Position numbers and translations under genes: made by a program
The notes under the pieces: model-generated
The model's database searches: none
What the model saw: only the letters and a program-made list of their open reading frames with translations
Told to the model about the DNA's origin: nothing
Shown: piece after piece, positions 1-9,257 of the stretch
How the letters are laid out: the number at the start of each line of letters is the position of its first letter
How positions within the stretch are numbered: the first letter of the stretch is position 1
Source of the DNA: a virus
Taxonomy: Duplodnaviria > Caudoviricetes
DNA length: 64,000 bases
Virus record (IMG/VR): IMGVR_UViG_3300037714_000131
Span: 1 to 64,000 of that record
Direction: 5' to 3' (one strand)

Positions 1-1
1 A

Positions 2-208
2 CCCGGCGCGCGCGAGCAGATTGCGCGACAGTGGCAGGATGAACCAAGATCCGATCACGACGGCTGCGAACGCAGCGCCGAACATATCGCCGTCGATACC
101 CGGAGCAAGGGTTTGGCCGTTTCTGAACGCCGACAATGCACAATATGTGCCGACGACGAAACCGCACAGCCCGATTGCCAGACGGGCGACGGCTGTGGTA
201 ACGTACAT
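2..208 (-). CDS. Membrane protein, partial (runs off the left edge)
   Basis: Translated by hand: MYVTTAVARLAIGLCGFVVGTYCALS...FGAAFAAVIGSWFILPLS; two hydrophobic segments; AAGGA upstream. Confidence 0.5.
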   Translation of the reverse strand, partial: MYVTTAVARLAIGLCGFVVGTYCALSAFRNGQTLAPGIDGDMFGAAFAAVVIGSWFILPLSRNLLARAG

Positions 209-574
209 AGGTGATTTTCCTTGTCTAAGGGGTTTGTCACAATGCCCGGCTGAGCGCTGATGACGCTCGCCGGGCGGCTTATTCCCGGTTAGGGGAATTC
301 AGTTTGGCAGTTTGTATGGGAACATACTCGCCAGCAAAATGGCATAAATCAGAAGTGCATAATTGCCAGATTGAATTGCCTTGATGGCACCCATGGACGC
401 GCATGAGATGGCGAACAGCCATCCAAATGCAGTCAGTTTTGATGTAACCATATCAGTGTGTATCCTTTCGGAGGGATTACGATAAGGCTCGGTTCAGAGT
501 GACAGCTCTGGCCGGGCCGGTTTCCAGCTTTCTGCTGGCGAGGACACCTTGCGATGCAAGATGCCCAATGAGGG

Positions 575-781
575 TTAGCGTTGTTGACGTGTCTGAATGA
601 CACTCTCATAAGCTCTTTTTTCAGCGATCCGTCGTTTCTCATCCGGTTTCAAATTCAGGTGAGAAACTTCCCGGAGCGCTATTAGAAAAGCCTTTTCGAG
701 TTCACTCGTCTTTACCAGTCTTACGTACATATTCGCCTCCATTGCCATGTCCTCGGCAGCAGAAAGATTTGTGGGTTTCAA
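575..781 (-). CDS. Hypothetical protein (68 aa), divergent from the XRE gene
   Basis: ORF downstream of a near-consensus sigma70 promoter. Confidence 0.6.
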   Translation of the reverse strand: MKPTNLSAAEDMAMEANMYVRLVKTSELEKAFLIALREVSHLNLKPDEKRRIAEKRAYESVIQTRQQR

Positions 782-818
782 TTGTCAAAGAGCAGACGCA
801 ACGATGGCGTCGAATGTG

Positions 819-847
819 AATATAGGCCCATTCGTTCCTAGTGTCAA
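819..847 (-). promoter_or_regulatory. sigma70-type promoter TTGACA-N17-TATATT
   Basis: Reverse complement of 819-847 is ttgaca ctaggaacgaatgggcc tatatt. Confidence 0.7.
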
Positions 848-884
848 CACGTTTGTTCCTATTTTTTGTTGAAAAGTGCCGCGA

Positions 885-913
885 TAGACATTATTCTGTT
901 CCTAATGTACATA
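885..913 (+). promoter_or_regulatory. Promoter TAGACA-N17-TACATA, probably giving a leaderless mRNA
   Basis: -10 ends 6 nt before the ATG at 920; GTTCCTA boxes at 834, 855 and 898. Confidence 0.5.
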
Positions 914-919
914 CCGCCT

Positions 920-1135
920 ATGGTAATGTCGGGACAGAAAATGCGAGAGACACTGGAAAAACTGGACATTGGCCAGACTGAACTGGCCCGCTGGCTGGGC
1001 GTCAGAGACCGAACCATCAGAAACTATCTGAGTGGTGACCGTCAGGTGCCGCCGTCTCTTGCGCTGCTTCTCGAATATCTTGAAGATAGGCCGGAAGCGA
1101 AGCAGTGGTTCAAGGATAGGGCAACACGGCGATGA
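920..1135 (+). CDS. XRE-family HTH regulator (module copy 1)
   Basis: LDIGQTELARWLGVRDRTIRNYLSGDRQVP; start uncertain (905/920/926). Confidence 0.8.
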   Translation: MVMSGQKMRETLEKLDIGQTELARWLGVRDRTIRNYLSGDRQVPPSLALLLEYLEDRPEAKQWFKDRATRR

Positions 1136-1323
1136 GGGAGCCTGACCGCATATGGGACTTCGAAAACCAGAAATGGGTGTATCCCGTTCGCGAAGAAATT
1201 AAAGCTGCCGCTATCGAAGCGATGAAGCAACTTCTCGACGACGAGCGTATGGAAGTCATGGCTCAGTTCTGCAAATTCTGCGGCAGCGACAATCCAAGCT
1301 GCTCGTGTTGGAACGATGAATAG
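1132..1323 (+). CDS. Small Cys-rich protein (CxxC-x5-CxC), paralog of 45526-45711
   Basis: ATGA overlap with the XRE gene; clear alignment to the second copy. Confidence 0.8.
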   Translation: MREPDRIWDFENQKWVYPVREEIKAAAIEAMKQLLDDERMEVMAQFCKFCGSDNPSCSCWNDE

Positions 1324-1471
1324 CCTGACCCAATCCAGCGGAGTAAAGAGATGACCACAGGTGAATATCTGGACGAGCACAAACACGAAGACGACGAGCT
1401 CCGTCTCAAGCTCAAGGAACTGACAGATGAGTAACTTCGCCTGACTGTCTTTCAAATCATCAGTTACACCA

Positions 1472-1496
1472 ACCCGCTTAACGGCGGCTTTTTTAT
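1472..1496 (+). terminator. Intrinsic terminator
   Basis: ccgc/gcgg stem followed by TTTTTTATTGG. Confidence 0.6.
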
Positions 1497-1513
1497 TGGG
1501 AAATCCTGATCTA

Positions 1514-4006
1514 ATGACCGTCGCTTCTGAAACCTCAAAAGTCCAATATAACGGTGATGGCGTTACAACGGACTTTTCCGTCACGTTCAAATATACCGCC
1601 AAGGCGCAGATCGTTGTGGTCCATACCGACAGCGACGGCGTAGAAACGACATGGGTGCTGGGAACGCAGTATACGCTGACTGATCCGGGGGCATCCGGCA
1701 CGCTGACAGTCGAAGTAACGCCGACCGACTACACGCCCGCATCCGGCGAAACGTTGACGATCTATCGCGATCCTGATTTCACGCAAGCCTCTGATTACAC
1801 GACCGGCGGCGGATTGACGGCTGAAGGTATTGAAGCCGACTTCGATACCCGCGTATTCCAGATCCAGCGGTTGCGGGAGATGATTTCTCGCGCAATATTG
1901 TTCCCACAGAGCACCGCTGAATCTGATCTGGCATTACCGGAGCTTGTAGCTGGCAAGGTGCTTGGCGTTAACAGTGCGGGCGACGGATTTGAATTTGTAG
2001 ATACAGGCGAAGGTGGGGGTGGGGCAGGCGATGTCACTTCGTCAGCGAACATTACCGATCATGCGATCGTTCGTGGTGACGGCGGGGCAAAAGGGGTGCA
2101 AGATTCCGGCGTCATCATCGACGACAGCGACAATATCACGGGTGTTGCAGGTTTCACGCTTTCCGGCAATATCACGGTCGGTGGCACGGTTGACGGACGC
2201 GACGTTGCGGCGGATGGCACAAAGCTGGACGGCATCGAAAGCGGCGCGACGGCGGACCAGACGCAAGAGGAAATCCAAGATGCAGCTTGGGCGGCTGTGT
2301 CCGGCGGTACTCAGACGCTAATCACGGTCACATATCAGGATGCCACGAACGACGTTGATTTCGTGGTCGATAATGATCTCGCCAATTACGACAACACGAC
2401 TTCTGATTTTCTCGATGCGACAACGGCAGCGAGCACATATCAGCCACTTGATGCTGGGCTGACCGATGTTGCCGGGCTTGCCGTCACCGATGGAAACATT
2501 ATAGTTGGCGACGGCGCAAATTGGGTGGCCGAAAGCGGCAATACGGCGCGAACCTCGCTAGGCTTGGGCACGGGTGACAGTCCGACATTTACAGCCTTGA
2601 CGGTTCCGCTTATTCAGGGCGGTTCCGGCTCTGGTGACGACCTCCGTCTTACCTCGACCACGAACGCCACGAAGGGCACGATCAATCTTGGCAATGCCTC
2701 AGATGGTGTCTTTTACGACGAAGCGAACGAACGCTTGTCGATCGGCTCGACCGTCAACACCATCACCATCAATGGCGTGGCGCTTGGATCAGATTTCAGC
2801 GTTCACAACGATGATAATACAGACGTTTGTTCGGTTGTCTTCCGTTACAGCGATATTGCGGGTTTTCCGGCTTGCATCCTTGGCGCTCGGTCGCGTGGGT
2901 CGATTGCCTCTCCTGCTATCGTGCAGGACGACGATGCTCTGACGCTGCTGTCGGCCTTCGGATTCGACGGCACGGATTATGCATTGGCCGCGCAGATCGT
3001 GGCAGAAGTGGATGGCACGCCGGGCGCAAACGACATGCCTACGCGCTGGGTATGCCGCACTTCGCCAAACGGCACGCAGTTGCCTGTTGAAGGCTGGCGG
3101 CTCGACAGCGCGCAAATCATGACGTTCGCCAATACGCCGCTGGTCGGGGCAAATGCGGTGCTCGATGCAGGCGACATCGGGTCAAGCGTGCAGGCTTACG
3201 ATGCTGATCTCGACACATGGTCAGGGCTGACGCCAAGCGCGAACTTTCAGACGCTCGTCACGCAGACTTTCGCGCAAATACGCGGATCTCTCGATCTTGA
3301 AGCCGGGACGGACTTTTACTCGATCTCTGCGGCAGACACAGCCTTTCTATCACCAGCAGAAGGCGACGCTGCTTATCAACCGCTCGACAGCGATCTGACC
3401 TCGTGGGCTGGCGTCACGCGTGCAGCGGGCCTCGACACATTCGCGGCAACGCCGTCAAGCGCCAATCTGGCCTCGCTGGTGACTGACGAAACCGGATCTG
3501 GCGCTCTGGCGTTCGCCACGTCGCCAACGCTGGTGACGCCTGCACTCGGAACGCCTTCAAGCGGCAATCTATCGAACTGCACAAGCTATCCCTCAGCGGC
3601 GGAAGGCACGAACGGGATTGTCGATCAAGCCACCGACGCTGAGATCCGCGCTGCAACATCAGGCGCTCATGCCATCATGGCGGAAGACCTGTCAACCGCA
3701 AATGCGCTTGTCACGCTCACCGATGCTACGACGGTCGCGATAGACTGGACGGCAGGCATCAATTTCACTCTGACGCTTACCACGGATCGCATTCTCGGCA
3801 ACCCGACAAATGAAATTCCCGGTACATTCAGGACGGTTTTCGTCATTAGCGACGGCGGTCCGGACACGTTGACATTCGGCAGCGAGTATGGGGGAACGCC
3901 GCCGACGCTCGATGACATCACGACGACGCAAGGCTACCTACTGTCGATTTTTTGCCGTGCGGCCGGACAATTTCTTGTTTCATCGATGGATGGATCACCG
4001 GCATGA
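1514..4006 (+). CDS. Tail fibre / receptor-binding protein
   Basis: N-terminus VQYNGDGVTTDFSVTFKY resembles the T7 gp17-type anchor; Gly/Thr/Asp-rich body; recurring YQPLDxxLT motifs. Confidence 0.8.
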   Translation: MTVASETSKVQYNGDGVTTDFSVTFKYTAKAQIVVVHTDSDGVETTWVLGTQYTLTDPGASGTLTVEVTPTDYTPASGETLTIYRDPDFTQASDYTTGGGLTAEGIEADFDTRVFQIQRLREMISRAILFPQSTAESDLALPELVAGKVLGVNSAGDGFEFVDTGEGGGGAGDVTSSANITDHAIVRGDGGAKGVQDSGVIIDDSDNITGVAGFTLSGNITVGGTVDGRDVAADGTKLDGIESGATADQTQEEIQDAAWAAVSGGTQTLITVTYQDATNDVDFVVDNDLANYDNTTSDFLDATTAASTYQPLDAGLTDVAGLAVTDGNIIVGDGANWVAESGNTARTSLGLGTGDSPTFTALTVPLIQGGSGSGDDLRLTSTTNATKGTINLGNASDGVFYDEANERLSIGSTVNTITINGVALGSDFSVHNDDNTDVCSVVFRYSDIAGFPACILGARSRGSIASPAIVQDDDALTLLSAFGFDGTDYALAAQIVAEVDGTPGANDMPTRWVCRTSPNGTQLPVEGWRLDSAQIMTFANTPLVGANAVLDAGDIGSSVQAYDADLDTWSGLTPSANFQTLVTQTFAQIRGSLDLEAGTDFYSISAADTAFLSPAEGDAAYQPLDSDLTSWAGVTRAAGLDTFAATPSSANLASLVTDETGSGALAFATSPTLVTPALGTPSSGNLSNCTSYPSAAEGTNGIVDQATDAEIRAATSGAHAIMAEDLSTANALVTLTDATTVAIDWTAGINFTLTLTTDRILGNPTNEIPGTFRTVFVISDGGPDTLTFGSEYGGTPPTLDDITTTQGYLLSIFCRAAGQFLVSSMDGSPA

Positions 4007-4563
4007 TCCATATTATTTCAGGGTTCATGAGGTGCGGGACTTCATGTATGATGGAAGCTCTCGAAGCCGGTGGCATGGAAGCCGTCTATTCCGCTCAGCG
4101 CGATGAGCGCATGAACAAGAAGTGGGGCGATCCTGACTACAAGCCCAATACCCGATATTACGAACTCGAAGCCGAGGACTATCAGGACGCCAGTTTCCCG
4201 TCAGCCTATGAAGGCAAGCTGATCAAGTGCCTGTGGGGCGGGATGCTGCGCCTGAGGCCGGTAACGGAATATCGGGTCATCTTCATGCGCCGGGATACGA
4301 AAGCCATCCAGCACTCTCTGACGGCGTTTTTCGGGCAGCCTGTGGAACAGGCGCAAAATATCAATTTCCAGCGGCAACTCGATAATGTTGTCTCGATATT
4401 GCGGGATCGTCGGTCTGTTGTTTCCGTGCATGAAGTCCAGTATGTCGATGTTGTCAGCAATCCGCTGGCCGTATTCGAGATGCTGGCCCGTGAAGGATGG
4501 CCGATCGATCCGGCAAAAGCCGCTGAAATCCCGCAAGCGCGCAAAATGAGGTTTGCAGCATGA
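4003..4563 (+). CDS. Sulfotransferase-family P-loop protein
   Basis: ISGFMRCGTSCMMEALEAGG resembles the PAPS-binding SGxPRSGTS motif; IFMRRD; ATGA-coupled to the tail fibre gene. Confidence 0.6.
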   Translation: MIHIISGFMRCGTSCMMEALEAGGMEAVYSAQRDERMNKKWGDPDYKPNTRYYELEAEDYQDASFPSAYEGKLIKCLWGGMLRLRPVTEYRVIFMRRDTKAIQHSLTAFFGQPVEQAQNINFQRQLDNVVSILRDRRSVVSVHEVQYVDVVSNPLAVFEMLAREGWPIDPAKAAEIPQARKMRFAA

Positions 4564-5762
4564 GGGAGTTCAGAAAAAAACGCAAGATGAACTCCAAGAC
4601 GTTCCTTCTTGATAACGGAAAGCGCATGCTGCGTACCGGCATCCGCAAGCCCTTGCATTATATCGATCAGGATGGAAAGCTCGCTGACATCGACATGACG
4701 CCGACGCTCGATCGTGGCCAGCATTTTATTTCGAAAGCGCCTTACAAGGCAAGGATTGGACGAGATTTCCCCGGCTATCGCTACACCGGCGCGCGGGGAA
4801 CGATCTCGGCAGAACTGGTCTTGATCAACGGCAACCCAATTGCCAAACGCGAGCCGGAATATACGGACAAGCGCTTTTACTGGCGCGGTATATCGCTAGA
4901 CACGGATTGCGCGATCATCCCGAGAAATGCCCGACTTGACGCCATCGTGACGCTGTACAGCGAAAATGCACCGCGGTCATTTACCTGGGAAATCCTCGGC
5001 GACAAGGCAATGATGCGCCCCGTGATTGGCAGAGATGCCAAAGGACGCCCTCTGGAATTGGAACAAGATTGGAGCGATGATCGCCTTAACATCAGATGGA
5101 CAGGGAAGGTCACGGACAGGGCAATGGCGCGCAGGGGCGTGGTTGAAAGCGACCCTGTCTATCCTGTCTGGATTGACCCTACCGTCAATGAAGAAATTGT
5201 TGCCGGTGCGGATGATGCCCTTGAGTACACCGCATTCGGTCCCGGAAGCGGTTTTGACAATACTAATATCTATTTGCCCGCCGGGCGAAATGCGTTCGTA
5301 CAGTTTTTTGATGGTTTCAGATTTCAGGGGATTGCGATTCCGCAAGGCGCAACAATAGATTCAGCCGTTCTGACGTTGGACATCCTGAGCATTACAGGGG
5401 CTCCGTCAGTCCGCATTTACGGTAACGATACGGACGATGCTGCCGTGTGGGCAGATCCGGGAAATTTGATAAGAAACATAACCAAAACGACCGCATTCGC
5501 GGCTTTTTCACCAGGTGCGACTGGAGTGGCAACGGTCGGGGTCACCGCACTTGTGCAGGAAATAATAAATCGGGCTGGTTTCGCGTCAGGAAACGATCTG
5601 GCGCTCGGCATGTTCAATCAGGCAACGTTGAATTACGAATTCCAGATTGCTGCGTATGAACATGGTACGCGCGATGAAGCTCAACTCGATATCGTATACA
5701 CGGAAGCGGGGGGAGCTGAGGCTCCGTTCTTGCGACCGGGCGGGATGTTCGGACTGTCCTGA
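4560..5762 (+). CDS. Putative virion protein with C-terminal beta-sandwich (DNRLRE/CBM-like)
   Basis: GFRFQGIAIPQGATIDSAVLTL motif; located in the tail/lysis operon. Confidence 0.5.
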   Translation: MREFRKKRKMNSKTFLLDNGKRMLRTGIRKPLHYIDQDGKLADIDMTPTLDRGQHFISKAPYKARIGRDFPGYRYTGARGTISAELVLINGNPIAKREPEYTDKRFYWRGISLDTDCAIIPRNARLDAIVTLYSENAPRSFTWEILGDKAMMRPVIGRDAKGRPLELEQDWSDDRLNIRWTGKVTDRAMARRGVVESDPVYPVWIDPTVNEEIVAGADDALEYTAFGPGSGFDNTNIYLPAGRNAFVQFFDGFRFQGIAIPQGATIDSAVLTLDILSITGAPSVRIYGNDTDDAAVWADPGNLIRNITKTTAFAAFSPGATGVATVGVTALVQEIINRAGFASGNDLALGMFNQATLNYEFQIAAYEHGTRDEAQLDIVYTEAGGAEAPFLRPGGMFGLS

Positions 5763-6017
5763 CTATGGGTAGTCGTCTTGCCGGACTTCATCGGCGGCAT
5801 CTTGCGATGTCTTGCAGATCTGTAGACCAAAAATCTTTCTGAAACCGTTCACCAGCCACTGCCAGATTTCAGCCTCTTTCGCCATGCGATCAATGCGGTA
5901 TTGATAATCTTGCATGATTTTTAATATCCATTGAACAGTTACCCAGTCTAAACCGGTAATCCAAAACAGTCTACTGTACAGCCGCCACAGCGCGGCTTTT
6001 TCTTTGAAAGCCTTCAC
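5763..6017 (-). CDS. Hypothetical protein on the opposite strand
   Basis: Fills the gap between tail and lysin genes; AT-rich. Confidence 0.35.
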   Translation of the reverse strand: MKAFKEKAALWRLYSRLFWITGLDWVTVQWILKIMQDYQYRIDRMAKEAEIWQWLVNGFRKIFGLQICKTSQDAADEVRQDDYP

Positions 6018-6031
6018 CGAAAGGATAGCGA

Positions 6032-6811
6032 ATGCAATGGTTGATTGACCTTATCAAAGCGATCTTTGCCGCTATATTCGGCGGGAAGGTGACGGTTCCG
6101 AAGCCGGAGAAATCGGCAGATGAGCCGGTAAAAGGCGATCCGGCTTGGTTGGCGCTCGCCCGGGCCGATCTCGGGCTTAAGGAGATCGCGGGCCCGGCCG
6201 CCAATCCTGAGATCATGCGAGCATGGCGCTATTGTGACTATGACCCGCCAGACGGGGATGAAACGGCCTGGTGCTCTGCAAAAATGTGTGAATGGACAGA
6301 GCGCTCTGGACTTCCGTCAACACGCGCGCCGAATGCGCGGAGCTGGCAGAAGTGGGGCGCAGAACTGAAAAAGCCCAAGCTCGGATGCATTGTTGTCTTC
6401 TGGCGCGGATCGCTAACGGGATGGCAAGGTCACGTCGCGCTGTATATCGGGCCGGGGTCGAAACCGGGCACGATCAAGGTGCTCGGCGGAAACCAGTCCA
6501 ATAGTGTTTCGATCACTGATTACAGCGAAGCGCAAGTCCTTTCTTACCGCTGGCCAACGACCGGCGGTAACAGCCGCACATTGCGCGCTCAGACGGCAGG
6601 GCTTGTCCTTGGAGACGGCATGACGATTGCGGCCATATCCAGCAAGGGCATTCTGGAAAGCCTGCCAGACGCCCTTGCAATCGGCACAGGGGTGCAGAGC
6701 CTTGCGGCATACTGGCCGTGGTTCGCGGTGATCGGCGTGGTAATCAGCATCGCAGCCCGCGCGGTCACGATCTGGGCCCGGGTTTCAGACTGGACCAGCA
6801 AGGGCACATGA
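6032..6811 (+). CDS. Endolysin, TIGR02594 / NlpC-P60-like peptidase with C-terminal TM segments
   Basis: DETAWCSA (Cys), GHVALY (His), VLGGNQSNSV. Confidence 0.85.
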   Translation: MQWLIDLIKAIFAAIFGGKVTVPKPEKSADEPVKGDPAWLALARADLGLKEIAGPAANPEIMRAWRYCDYDPPDGDETAWCSAKMCEWTERSGLPSTRAPNARSWQKWGAELKKPKLGCIVVFWRGSLTGWQGHVALYIGPGSKPGTIKVLGGNQSNSVSITDYSEAQVLSYRWPTTGGNSRTLRAQTAGLVLGDGMTIAAISSKGILESLPDALAIGTGVQSLAAYWPWFAVIGVVISIAARAVTIWARVSDWTSKGT

Positions 6812-6812
6812 G

Positions 6813-7151
6813 ATGATAGCATTCCTTTCATGGGTTGGGCAGGCCGTTTGGCCGCTGGTTGGCTTGGTGCCGTGGGGCGGCCCAAAGTTCGGGCTGGTGC
6901 TGGCGGCATTGCTCGCCGGCGTCGTTGCGATCGGTGCGCCGGCCGGAGCCGTGTGGCTGAACATGCGCGGCGTGGTCAAGGTCGCCGTGGCGCAGTGCGA
7001 AAGCTCCTGCACTCTCCGTATCTCCCGCATGGAAACAGCCGCAGAGCGCACCATTGCGGACATTCTGAGCAGCGCAGAGCCGGAGACTTCGGAGAACGTC
7101 GCTCAATATTGCAAGCGCAATCCGGGGCTTTGCAGGAGTGAAGGAAAATGA
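6813..7151 (+). CDS. Putative i-spanin (Rz-like)
   Basis: N-terminal TM, follows the lysin, overlaps a lipoprotein gene. Confidence 0.55.
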   Translation: MIAFLSWVGQAVWPLVGLVPWGGPKFGLVLAALLAGVVAIGAPAGAVWLNMRGVVKVAVAQCESSCTLRISRMETAAERTIADILSSAEPETSENVAQYCKRNPGLCRSEGK

Positions 7152-7396
7152 CAGCGACCGTCTACAATATCAAAATGACAGCGCTCGTCACCATGTTTGT
7201 GCTCGCTCTGTCCGGCTGCGCTCAAGAGCCGAAAATCATCCGCGAAACGGTGCCGGTGATCTCGTCGAAACCGTATAAATTTATAAAGCCGTCTCCGAAA
7301 GACGTTCTGACGAAGGGGACGCTCAACCAGATATCCGGTCATAATTCGAGACACTGGAAAGTGAAGCAGGCTGAGGCCGAGGCGGTGAAGCAATGA
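7148..7396 (+). CDS. Putative o-spanin lipoprotein (Rz1-like)
   Basis: Signal peptide with LSGC lipobox. Confidence 0.6.
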   Translation: MTATVYNIKMTALVTMFVLALSGCAQEPKIIRETVPVISSKPYKFIKPSPKDVLTKGTLNQISGHNSRHWKVKQAEAEAVKQ

Positions 7397-7746
7397 TTGA
7401 CCGCCTGAAATCCCTCACCGCGCTATATCTCGTCATCCTAGGCTGCGCTCTCGCCGTCGTCTCCATGAAGGAAGACGATTACCGTTCAAGGGCGTCACGG
7501 CTCGACTTGAAAGTCATGACGCTGGAGATTAAAGGCCAGTCCGCCGTCATCGATCGTATGGGCGTCCTGCGTAATCAGGCGCGGGCAAAAGCCGAACAGT
7601 TCGAAGCCGCCATGCTCCTGCTCACGATCGGCCTTGTGATCGGATCGCTCGGCGCTCTCTTCGCCGCGCCGTTGGCGTTCATTCCGCTGGTTGTAAGCGG
7701 GATTGCAGGTGCCGGGGCTGGTTACTTCGTTTGGGTGGCTGTGTAA
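7393..7746 (+). CDS. Membrane protein, holin candidate
   Basis: Three hydrophobic segments in the lysis cassette. Confidence 0.45.
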   Translation: MIDRLKSLTALYLVILGCALAVVSMKEDDYRSRASRLDLKVMTLEIKGQSAVIDRMGVLRNQARAKAEQFEAAMLLLTIGLVIGSLGALFAAPLAFIPLVVSGIAGAGAGYFVWVAV

Positions 7747-7953
7747 TACAACCAGCCTTTACCTATCACCGCGACAGGTTAAAGAAAACGGGGTTCGGTT
7801 AACTTAAGCAGCGTCCCGATACCGAAGCTCAAGACTCCGGCACCGGGACTGACCAAGGACGAACGAAAGCTTCGCCAGTGGCTACAACCAATCTAATCTA
7901 GATAAAAGGCAAAGCAAAGGCGATGAATACTCAGACAGCGGAGCAAGCCGTCA

Positions 7954-8271
7954 ATGGGCATGACAAAAGACATGTCGGATCACCTTGCCCTGATCAATAT
8001 TCGCGAAACTCAACTGGATATGCTCCATCGCCAGAAAGAGCTGCACAAGCGTCAAGGGATCATATACAGGGAAATCAAGGATCTGAGATTTTTGATTACC
8101 TCTATGCAATCGACAGAAGTGCAACCTCCGTCGCGGACGTTCATCGACAGTATTTTGGATCCGATGTCAGCGCCGATAATCAAGTGGGCGACTGGTATCC
8201 TGATCATAATCTACCTCGCAAGAGGCGGAGACCCCGCCGCCGTTATTACCTGGTTGACCGGGAGGCCGTGA
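7954..8271 (+). CDS. Small membrane protein (holin/antiholin candidate)
   Basis: Coiled-coil N-terminus, C-terminal TM. Confidence 0.45.
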   Translation: MGMTKDMSDHLALINIRETQLDMLHRQKELHKRQGIIYREIKDLRFLITSMQSTEVQPPSRTFIDSILDPMSAPIIKWATGILIIIYLARGGDPAAVITWLTGRP

Positions 8272-8432
8272 CGCACTATGCGAAGATCGCCGGACATGTG
8301 CTATGCTGGGGCAGCATCGGCGCGCTCGCCATCGCAATCATCATCGGCTGAGCCGCACTAACTGGATGCGCTCGCAAAGGGGATGGAAGCCGGAGTAGGT
8401 TATCTCGGGGCGCTAAGAGCGGGACGGGGCTA

Positions 8433-9245
8433 TTAGCCAACGAACAGCGCGTCGAATTCCTCCGGCTGCCAAAACAGAACGCTCGTCAGATCTTCGACGC
8501 GCGCCAGCGGCGGCAAATCCAACTCAACCAGACGATGCCTCAATACCGGTTCTGTGGGGCGGTGCTTTTCGGGTATGCGCGCCAGTTCATCTTCGGACAA
8601 TTCGCGCAATTCCGTGACGCGCCGAACGAAAGTTCCCTTGGTGAAAAAGGCCGGATAGTCATTGAAAACTATACCCTTTTCGGCTATCATGTTCAACATC
8701 TCGGCTGCGTTTTTGCCGTGTAATTTCTTGTGAGAGTAAAGCGCGCGAGCCGCCATCGAAACAGCGTTTTTTGTCGCGTCAAGTTCGCGCCAGAGCAGCA
8801 CTCTCGCAGCATCGTCCAATGACGGAAGAGAGTAAGCACGGGCATCGAATTCAGGCGCTTGACGGGAGACGAATTCGGACAGCCCGTTTTCGACAGCAAG
8901 CCGGGTGAAAGCGGACGTTGCTTTCGATGCAAGCCGTGAAACGATCTTCTGGTACTTGCCGCCGTGATGGGTCTCGTGTTCCGCATCGAAAAAGACCAAC
9001 GAAATTTCATCGGACTGCGTGTAGCCGATCAACGCATGGTAGTCCTGCATAATCGCTTTCGTCGTCTCGACCATGCTCTTTGACATTCTAACATCAAACG
9101 GACGATCCATGCCGCGCGTGAACCTGGAGAAGCGCGCGCCGTCGATGCGGATGTAAATCGGCTTGCCGATCTCCGCGCGCCGGTCGGTTTCGACCAACTC
9201 GAAAGCCTTGCACTCTTCGCCGAGAATGTCGCGTCGCTCGCTCAT
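8433..9245 (-). CDS. tRNA(His) guanylyltransferase Thg1-like protein
   Basis: IRIDGARFSRFT and YTQSDEISL carry the two catalytic Asp; FDAR; GGAGGTG RBS before the ATG at 9245. Confidence 0.9.
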   Translation of the reverse strand: MSERRDILGEECKAFELVETDRRAEIGKPIYIRIDGARFSRFTRGMDRPFDVRMSKSMVETTKAIMQDYHALIGYTQSDEISLVFFDAEHETHHGGKYQKIVSRLASKATSAFTRLAVENGLSEFVSRQAPEFDARAYSLPSLDDAARVLLWRELDATKNAVSMAARALYSHKKLHGKNAAEMLNMIAEKGIVFNDYPAFFTKGTFVRRVTELRELSEDELARIPEKHRPTEPVLRHRLVELDLPPLARVEDLTSVLFWQPEEFDALFVG

Positions 9246-9257
9246 CGTCACCTCCAT

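Noticed and set aside
1514-5762. Diversity-generating retroelement as in BPP-1
   Set aside because: No reverse transcriptase and no template/variable repeat pair seen in this window; sequence outside the window cannot be excluded
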